Below, one piece after another: positions 53,451 through 64,000 of a stretch of 64,000 bases of DNA. The notes under the pieces were generated by a model. The model searched no databases. It was not told where the DNA came from and was given only the letters and a program-made list of their open reading frames with translations. Both the position numbers and the translations under genes were made by a program. Where the stretch lies: NCBI GenBank assembly GCA_964016885.1, contig OZ024746.1:4650001-4714000 (forward strand), read 5' to 3'. Position 1 is the stretch's first letter; each line of letters begins with the position of its first letter. The stretch comes from Eledone cirrhosa (Eukaryota).

Positions 53451-56400
53451 TCAGAAGAATTATCTTAGAGGCCGAAGGTTGCATTTCTCATTGTCATATC
53501 CTAACCCCAGAGGAAAATTATCTCTGCTAGACAGGAATCTGAACTCCTGTATATGACCTCTCAATGAAGTGTATAAAAGGTGCATCCTTGAGGGCGAAGC
53601 ATCCTCGGCGACGGGACATACGGTAATTTAAAGTACACGCTAAATATTGAAACATAAGTCATTATCTAAATAAAACATATTTGCAAGAACCCGGAATTTA
53701 AATTTAGATTAAGCAAATATAGGAAGTGAGATTGATCTTTAGGAGTAGGGTAGCAAGCAATTCCAGGCATGTTCCTGTTTTATTAGACTTTATCAGCCAG
53801 GCAAGATCTAACTGTTACTACAGATCTTAGATCGACTAAGGATATAATTTGGTTGCAATGTAAAATTTGAAACTAACTGTCGGTGCATCAACGTTTCTTA
53901 ATAATTTCATAACTCCTGCGTAAGAAATATCCACCAGGTTCCATTGTTCCTCGTGGATTACAAAAAACAAACATTTTTTTTAATTTTGTTTTTTTAACTA
54001 CTTGAGAATTAACAAAGTAAATGCCATATATTTTCCAAGAAGATGGATCGAAGAGAGCCAAAGTGGCGGATTGTTAGAAAAAAACAACAATAAACTATTT
54101 TTTATCCTTCGCCAACAATGCTTTAATCTTTAGAGCTACTTTTTTCCCTTTCAGCACTTCTTAATTGAACTTCAAGAAAATGTGATTTGTTACACAGAGA
54201 CTACGATGAAAGATTTAGAAAAACAACTAAGAAATGTATTGATGTTCTTTAAGAAAATAACTATTGGGGAATCATGTGATGCATTCAGTAAGATTAGTTT
54301 AGCACTACTAAATAAGATAGCAGATTAAACAGAGTCAGCTCTCAATTTATACTCGGTTGCATATAACAAATTTAATATAGAAGTGGCTTCTACAGGACTA
54401 GAACTGTTTCATTCGAAGGAAATCACTAGGAAATCCGACTTTCATTGTAATGCGGTGGTATTTGTATGTTTTCTACACTCTATAATGTATTAAGTACCTT
54501 ACCCACTGCAGTTACCCCCGATTAAACCCGGGACTAACACACACACGCATATACACATACATACATACATGTATGTATGTGTGTATGTATATGTCGGGTC
54601 ACTCTTGGGTGCTACTGGTAACATGTAACCCAGTACAGCCTGTCGCATGGTCGGGTCGTCGGCGACTAAACTGGCAACCCCACCAAGTTTACTTGGTGAG
54701 GAGGGTGATTTTGGACACCCTGCATGACAAAGAACAAAACCTGACAAAGGGTGGAAGAACTCATAAGAGTCAACGGCCATACAAAAATGTGTAAATATGT
54801 ATATACACATGTACATGTGTATATATATGTACATGTGTATATACATGGGTACTTATGTATGTATATGCGCGGGGACATAGAAATAGTCGGGCTGGACACC
54901 CGATCACGCGGTTAAACCACTGGGAGTGAAGGAACCCTAGCCTTTGTCAGGGCATTCTTCTATGAGAAGGCAACTCTGGAAACTAGGATAACTCCGATAT
55001 AAAACCTGCGGCTCAGTAGTTACCGATGATGTTGATCTTTTCTTCTTTTCGGGTTATAGCTACTGTCGCTCAGAGAGTGGGATTGGCTCAGTGCACAGTC
55101 TTTCCTCACTTTAAATAAAATATTTGCGTACAAGCATTTTACGATGGAATTAATTAATAATTACTAATAATGGTATATCGTGCAATGGTCATACTCGATA
55201 ACGAGGGGACAGCCATCATGTATGTATAAATTAAATTTAGAATAAATATAACCAATGTCTTTGATGAGAAGAATTTGCGAACAGGTTTCTATATTTGTTT
55301 CACTTTATATCCCTAACATTCTTGAGAAATATATTGGTGCCACTTTTATAGATTTAGATACTTCGCTTTCGGTAGAACTCTTACGCTCTGTGTGTAGAGA
55401 ATAGCAGTTTTTCCTCAAAGAAAAACGTGACATTAGCTCTGAACGGGTTGATTGTAGGACATCATTTCAACACCCTGTAGATACAGAGTTACTTCTATTT
55501 TATGACTAACGCCATCAACGTATACTTGAAGGATCCAAGTCCTATTTATTATCCTTTATAAATCTGAGTCCCTATCTCATTGTTTTATAGTTCAGTTAAG
55601 GGAAGAAGGACAACACCAAAGCCCCTTTCAGAACCTACGAGACTAGTTAGAGAAAGAAAAGAACAACAGAGTTTACCCCCATTAAACGCAATTGATAGGT
55701 TGGGATGTCAAACAAGGCCACAAATTAACCCTTTATCATTTACATTACTCTATATATACTATTGTATTTTTGTGGTAAAGGATTTATCTTATATAATTAT
55801 CTCACATGATATCGAATCTACAAGATTTTGATGTTATTTATTTTGATAAAAATACCTTAATGTCAGTATGATCAGCCAGTTACAGCCAGTTTGAACAGAA
55901 AGAGGTGAGAGAATTCTGGCCGAATATGGCCGGTTTAAATGCTAAAGGGTTAATGTTTACCACACAAAATAAGAAACAGTAATTTCAACGGACTTTCATA
56001 CAGTTTTCATCAAGAAAACTTCCCTCAGAAAACATATGTGAAATGAAAGAGATTGAACCCGACTCAGCGTCGTTATAAAGCGAATTTGTTATGTAGAATA
56101 GAGAAGCACTCACTCGCTTTACACATTTAAAAATCTATGGAAAAATAGAATATAACAAATATGGAAACAGAAAAATAGAATATAACAAATAAATAGAGAG
56201 AATCATATTGAGCCATAAATCATAAAGCTAGGGTCAACAATAAAATATGTGAAATTCTTTAAATAATAACTTTGAATAAATGTTAAAATTATACAATAAC
56301 AGGAAATGACAAAATATGAAATGGAACAAAACGAGGAAATCGTAGGCAAAAAAAGGAGAAAAAAAAATATTTTCTGTTTGAACGAAGGATGGGAAAATAA

Positions 56401-56950
56401 AAATATATAAGATGGGAAATAGACGCTATCATTCAAAGTCTGTCTTACGTTATTGCTTCATTGGTGAGGGGGCAGTGTTCCATTTCGTTTGACAAAGACA
56501 AGAGCGAACAGAAATATAGTTTCATCCAATCGAGGAAGCAAGTACACTTCTGAGTACAGCTGACCTCATCAGACATAAAGAGGACAACGGAAAGGGAGAG
56601 GAAGGGGGATAGAAAGAAAACTAGAAGTTTGATAGAAAGATATTTCAACATGAGAGGTGGTGTTTGAGAGCGGGGAAACTTTCAACCAATTCTTTGTTTG
56701 CTTCGATGAGCTTTAATCAAACGTATGCTTATTGTATTTGCTGCTTGACTGTGTCACAACACACCATAACTTTTACAAAAGGCTAGTAAAAACAACGAAG
56801 AATTTCCGAACACAGGTATATTAAACTATTGTACCAATTCGTTTATGACGCCACATTCCTGCTCAGTCTTTCTGCTACTCACACATTTTATCAGCTTCTA
56901 TTTTTCCTGCACCCCAGCCTCTCTCTATCTCTCACTCTCTCCACCCCACC

Positions 56951-56984
<34 letters not shown>

Positions 56985-56989
56985 CACTC

Positions 56990-57046
<57 letters not shown>

Positions 57047-57247
57047 CACTCTCTCTGCCTCTCTCTCTCTCCGCCCCCTCTCTATCTCTCAGCTGTTAAC
57101 TTGCAAGTATCAGCGATAAACCAGAGAAGTTAATCAATGGTACATCGTTAACTGTGAATGTCATAAACTGTAACAAAGACCAACTGAGAAGACAACAGGA
57201 ATAAAAACAGTATTGATGTTTTGGGACAATTATAAAACGAATTGTTT

Positions 57248-57803
57248 GTGGGGGGGGGGTATTGATGGTGGTGGTGGTGGTGGTGGTGGACGGGGGTGGT
57301 ATTGATGGTGGTGGTGGTGGTGGACGGGGGGGATTGATGGTGGTGGTGGTGGTATTAGCGGTGGTGATGGAGGAGGAGGAGATGATATTGGTGGTGGTGG
57401 TGGTGGTGGTGGTGGACGGGGGGGGGGTATTGATGGTGGTGGTGGTGGTGGACGGGGGGCGGTATTGATGGTGGTGGTGGCGGTGGACGGGGGGGATTGA
57501 TGGTGGTGGTATTAGCGGTGGTGGTGGAGGAGGAGGAGGTGATATTAGTGGTGTGGTGGTGGTGGTGGTGGACGGGGGGGGCGATATTGTTGTTGGTGGT
57601 GGTGGTGGTATTAGTGGTGGTGGAGGAGGAGGTGATATTAGTGGTGGTGGTGGTGGTGGTGGTGGACGGGGGGGATATTGATGGTGGTGGTGGTGGAGGA
57701 GGATGGGGGGATATTAGTGGTGGTGGTGGTGGTGGAGGGGATATTAGTGGTGGTGGTGGTGGTGGAGGGGATATTAGTGGTGGTGGCGGTGGTGGTGGTG
57801 GTG
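57248..57803. repeat. GGT/GGA-rich compound repeat
   Basis: Direct observation. Confidence 0.9.
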
Positions 57804-57814
57804 TGTCTCAAGCC

Positions 57815-58060
57815 AAGAGGTTTGTCAGGCCGGTGCTTATTTCGGTTTCGTGGTGGCGTGAAGCGACTGAGAGTACAAGACCCCCCTGGATAGGACACCA
57901 GTCCATGGCAGGGTTAAATCCCCAGCTACTGCTGGTGTTCATTTTCAGCTGAGTATAGTGGAACAACGTGCTCAAGAAGACAACACACAAACCAGCCCAG
58001 GAATCGAACCCACGACATTATGATCGTAAGTCCAACACTCTTACCACTAGGCCACGCGCC
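57815..58060 (-). mobile_element. tRNA-derived SINE (family B-like head)
   Basis: Reverse complement: ggcgcgtggcctagtggtaagagtgttggacttacgatc..gggttcgattcctggg. Confidence 0.75.
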
Positions 58061-58649
58061 ATATAGTACAGTATAATTCTTTCTAATTTGGACACAAGGC
58101 CAGCAATTTGTGGCAATGGGGAAAGCCTGTTATATTTACCCCAGTACTTAACTGTTAGTTTATTTCATAGACCTGAGAAGGATGAAAGGCAAAGTTGACA
58201 TCGACGGGATTTGAGCCCAGAACGTAGAAAGTTGTCATTAAACACCACAAGGCACACTGTCCAAATCTCCACTGATATGCCGTCCCCCGGGAAACGCCTT
58301 CTCCATTCTGTCCGCCGGGGCTGTGGGGAGGCCACCAATATGATTGACTGACTTGTCATTTTATCATGTACTTGTTATATATCTATATCTGTCCAACACC
58401 ATATGATGAAAGCATGTTAACGACCCAAGTGACAACCGTTCTGTTTAGTGACAGGTCAACACTGGGGTTTAACCTATAACAGACCATCATTCCACATGTC
58501 ACTCAAACAGTAAGTACTCAAGATTACATTATCTAATATCCACTTTTTATGGTCGAAGTTATTTTAAGCTATTTCTAGCAGATCGAACGTGGTTAGAGAT
58601 TCCTTTGTTGATATACTATAGTTTTTTGTAAGTTGTGAATAAGTGAATT

Positions 58650-60445
58650 CCATCAGGACTGACCTAGGGTTGAACAACAACAGCTATCTACTGATCATAA
58701 GTGTGTTCCATCAGGACTGACCTAGGGTTAAACAACAACAGCTATCTACTGATCATAAGTGTGTTCCATCAGGACTGACCTAGGGTTAAACAACAACAAC
58801 TATCTACTGATCATAAGTGTGTTCCATCAGGACTGACCTAGGGTTAAACAACAACAGCTATCTACTGATCATAAGTGTGTTCCATCAGGACTGGCCTAGG
58901 GTTAAACAACAACAGCTATCTACTGATCATAAGTGTGTTCCATCAGGACTGACCTAGGGTTAAACAACAACAGCTATCTACTGATCATAAGTGTGTTCCA
59001 ACAGGACTGACCTAGGGTTAAACAACAACAGCTATCTACTGATCATAAGTGTACTCCATCAGGACTGACCTAGGGTTAAAGAACAACAGCTTTCTACTGA
59101 TCATAAGTGTGTTCCAACAGGACTGACCTAGGGTTAAACAACAACAGCTATCTACTGATCATAAGTGTGTTCCAACAGGACTGACCTAGGGTTAAACAAC
59201 AACAGCTATCTACTGATCATAAGTGTGTTCCAACAGGACTGACCTAGGGTTAAACAACAACAGCTATCTACTGATCATAAGTGTGTTCCATCAGGACTGA
59301 CCTAGGGTTAAACAACAACAGCTATCTACTGATCATAAGTGTGTTCCAACAGGACTGACCTAGGGTTAAACAACAACAACTATCTACTGATCATAAGTGT
59401 GTTCCATCAGGACTGACCTAGGGTTAAACAACAACAGCTATCTACTGATCATAAGTATGTTCCAACAGGACTGACCTAGGGTTAAACAACAACAGCTATC
59501 TACTGATCATAAGTGTGTTCCAACAGGACTGACCTAGGGTTAAACAACAACAGCTATCTACTGATCATAAGTGTGTTCCATCAGGACTGACCTAGGGTTA
59601 AACAACAACAGCTATCTACTGATCATAAGTGTGTTCCAACAGGACTGACCTAGGGTTAAACAACAACAGCTATCTACTGATCATAAGTGTGTTCCAACAG
59701 GACTGACCTAGGGTTAAACAACAACAGCTATCTACTGATCATAAGTGTGTTCCAACAGGACTGACCTAGGGTTAAACAACAACAGCTATCTACTGATCAT
59801 AAGTGTGTTCCAACAGGACTGACCTAGGGTTAAACAACAACAGCTATCTACTGATCATAAGTGTGTTCCAACAGGACTGGCCTAGGGTTAAACAACAACA
59901 GCTATCTACTGATCATAAGTGTGTTCCAACAGGACTGACCTAGGGTTAAACAACAACAGCTATCTACTGATCATAAGTGTGTTCCATCAGGACTGACCTA
60001 GGGTTAAACAACAACAGCTATCTACTGATCATAAGTGTGATGCAACAGGACTGACCTAGGGTTAAACAACAACAGCTATCTACTGATCATAAGTGTGTTC
60101 CATCAGGACTGACCTAGGGTTAAACAACAACAGCTATCTACTGATCATAAGTGTGTTCCAACAGGACTGACCTAGGGTTAAACAACAACAGCTATCTACT
60201 GATCATAAGTGTGTTCCAACAGGACTGACCTAGGGTTAAACAACAACAGCTATCTACTGATCATAAGTGTGTTCCAACAGGACTGACCTAGGGTTGAACA
60301 ACAACAGCTATCTACTGATCATAAGTGTGTTCCATCAGGACTGACCTAGGGTTAAACAACAACAGCTATCTACTGATCATAAGTGTGTTCCATCAGGACT
60401 GACCTAGGGTTAAACAACAACAGCTATCTACTGATCATAAGTGTG
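58650..60445. repeat. 58-bp minisatellite x ~31
   Basis: Unit CCAWCAGGACTGACCTAGGGTTAAACAACAACAGCTATCTACTGATCATAAGTGTGTT, head-to-tail with no spacers. Confidence 0.97.
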
Positions 60446-60948
60446 ATGCAACAGAAGCGTTATATGCCTCCAATCTCCTCCTCCATCACAATTCCACCTA
60501 TCTTATCCCCACCCCCTTGTCCAATGCTTTCATCTCTCTCTCTATCTATCTATCTATCTATCTATCTCTCTCTACTCTCTCTCTTCCTCTTCCTCTTCCT
60601 CTTCCTCCACCTCACTCTCTCCTCCTCCCCTACCCCTCCCCCAACTAATTAATTAAACTCTACAATAAAATATTGCTTTTCAACCTTGTAACTATAACTG
60701 GTTCTGTGGATCACAAACACCGTCTCCAAGTGATTGTTCTTTTATATATATATGTGTGTATGTGTGTGTGTCTGTGTGTGTGTGTGTGTGGGTGTGTGTG
60801 GGTGTGTGTGTGTATGTGTGTGTCTGTGTGTGTCTGTGTGTGTGTGTCTGTGTGTGTGTGGGTGTGTGTGGGTATATGTGTGTGTATGTGTGTGTATGTG
60901 TGTGTCTGTGTGTGTGTGTATGTGTGGGTGGGTGTATGTGTGCGTATG

Positions 60949-61004
<56 letters not shown>

Positions 61005-61848
61005 TGTCTGTGTGTGTGTGTATAGGTAAGTGTCATCTAATGAACACATCCCTCCATCCCTCCACACATATACATACACACACACATACATACGCACATA
61101 TACACACACACATATACATACACACACATACACACAGCCATAAATAACTCCCTCCGTTGTAGTGAACATCGGTTGGGATTACTTCGTTAGATTGTTACTT
61201 CTGAAAGACGCCATATTGGACCTTTCTATAATTTTCCAACAAACTTTATTTTGATGGATTGATCCCACATTTAGTTCACTGTTGAAGACAAACAATTCTT
61301 TGACTTGGTCGGGGGAAGATATTTTATTGATTAATGGCAATATATTACCGTCTTTCGGTTCCTTAGACTTTATTTTAGGGTTTTATTCATTTTTATTTTA
61401 TTCTTATTTATTTATTCATTAATTAATAAATAAATAAATAACAACTGAAACATTCACCGTCAAAACTGACGGAGATCCATTCCATATCTTTTGGAGTATT
61501 ATATTTTTATACTAGACAAGTATCCAGCCAAGGAAAACCTAATTCGGATATTATATTATTTTTGGAATTATTTTATTTAGATGATACATGTGACATAACA
61601 AAAGGTTTTTATATCAAGTTACGTTGGGAGATTTTAATTTGAATCGGAGCCCTTTAAAATGTGGGACTTTGTTTCTTAAAACCAGAGACGACTTTGGGCA
61701 GATTGATAACAAAAGGGTTAAATTACAACACCTCAAACTATCTCTAAGTAGATGAGGTGTAAGTCACCTCTGTAAATAACATCAACGTTGTTGGTTATAA
61801 AGTAGCCTCAATGTAGAATTTTTTTCTTTATATATATATATATATATA

Positions 61849-62504
<656 letters not shown>

Positions 62505-63042
62505 ATATATGTATATGTATTACAAATTATAAAGTAAGAAGTAACACACAGATATATACCTATTTTTTCTTCAATGTCCCGACTGTACAGTTTCGCTGGT
62601 CACTATGCAACAGTCCTACATCATAGAGATGCAATATTGTTGTGAGGCAAGATACAATGGGCTTCTGCAATTTCCGCCTACCAAATTCCAATAAGGCGTT
62701 GGTCAACCCAAGTCTATTGTAGAAGACATGTCTATATTCCATGCAGTGGGGAGTGAAATCAGAGCCACATGGTTGTGTAGCAAACACCTTAACCACACGA
62801 TCATACCTGCCGTTAAAATTCATTAAAAGTACTAGCAGAAAAACCGCCTGTCGGCTGGTTTTCTGCTAGCATGTGTAGTGTGTATATTGATATTATACGC
62901 AAGTATATATGCATGTAGATTATACATCAAATAAAATCGTAATTGACAATGTACACAGAAATGGAATGAAGACTGCGTTACCCTGTCTTATGTAATCAGT
63001 AACGTAATCCATGATACATTAAAAAAAGACGCTATTATATAT

Positions 63043-63121
63043 ACCTTACGGGGTCGATAAAATAAATTACCAGTAATACACTGGGTAATTGCTGACCTTG
63101 TGCCAAAAGTAGAAACAATTA
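63043..63121 (+). mobile_element. SINE family A 3' fragment
   Basis: ccttacggggtcgataaaataaa..agaaacaatt. Confidence 0.75.
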
Positions 63122-64000
63122 TATATAAACTTCATTAGGAGAAAATTAGTGACGGAAAATATATGAATGTTTATTTAAGCGATCGCAAACCGGAAGTGTT
63201 CACATTTGAGAATTTTAAAGAAGTGAATAAGCAACAATCTTGTTTATATTTAATCAAGAATAACGAAATTTAGTAGATAAATTATGTAATATTAATTCAT
63301 TATTTATTCAAAGTAATCCAACTTATTTTACAAACGGGATAAAAAAAAATATATTCTGGACGCAGTCCCGCACTCTACTTTTAGATAGTTTAGATTTTTT
63401 ACTTTATTGTATTAATCATATATGTGTATAGAAAATCATAAGCAGCCCATTTTTCAAGGAACTCAAGCGGTCGATGCATCTCGATACCCCTTGCTTCCTC
63501 ATGGACGCACCGTTTGATAACCACTGTTCTATATACACTGTATGGGGACTAATATATATATTTCAAACAATTATAGATCCCAGTTGTTTTTTAGTCCCAG
63601 GTCATCAATCTCTGATCAAACAAACTTTGGGTTAAAAGTATTCCAACTGTGAACATTCTACGTTAACCAATCTTGTTCAACAGTTTGGTGTCATTCGTTT
63701 AAGATGTAACTATTATTTCTAGCAGATGACTCAACCACCATAAGAATCTCATGCTGAATAGGGCGTATTTAGTTACTTAGATCTGATTAGAAACTAGTAA
63801 TCGTGGAAATTAGAAATGAAGAATAAATATTAAACATGACAAGTATCTTCAGAATTTATGTATTTGACTGATAAAATGACAAGTCAGTCAATCATATTGG
63901 TGGCCTCCCCACAGCCCCGGCGGACAGGATGGAGAAGGCGTTTCCCCGGAGGACGGGAAGGGAGATGCGCTGGAAAAGCCATTCTAACTCGCGAGGCTCA

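Noticed and set aside
54590-55130. GC-richer segments resembling LINE 5' UTRs, possibly with an HDV-like ribozyme
   Set aside because: I could not assign the nested pseudoknot by eye, and there is no adjacent ORF.
56505-56580. Minus-strand CTGATGA...GAAAC motif
   Set aside because: Stem I and stem III do not pair convincingly.
58650-60445. CRISPR-like regular array
   Set aside because: Units are head-to-tail with no unique spacers, there are no cas genes, and the context is eukaryotic.

Overview
AT-rich, repeat-saturated metazoan DNA. The SINE repertoire and dense (TA)n/(CA)n/(GA)n tracts look cephalopod (octopus-like), which is an inference. I found no convincing host protein-coding exon, and nearly all supplied ORFs are microsatellite artefacts. 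Supported features: two tRNA-Asp(GTC) genes and one pseudogene, a 5'-truncated Neptune-type Penelope-like element (RT + GIY-YIG), RTE and R4/Dong-type LINE fragments, mariner- and hAT-type non-autonomous elements, two abundant tRNA-derived SINE families and several minisatellites. The main signal is a set of unrelated 100-900 bp 'islands' lying in or next to (TA)n tracts. By manual folding, at least seven different island sequences carry type I hammerhead ribozyme (HHR) motifs, including U3-A8 core variants, one with a branched ~95-nt stem II, and one island with HHRs on both strands. Many islands are also long fold-back palindromes, and one is directly homologous to the 3' end of the Penelope element. 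This points to a (TA)n-targeting Penelope/retrozyme-like system of ribozyme-bearing non-autonomous elements. All ribozyme calls come from reading by eye and have not been tested.
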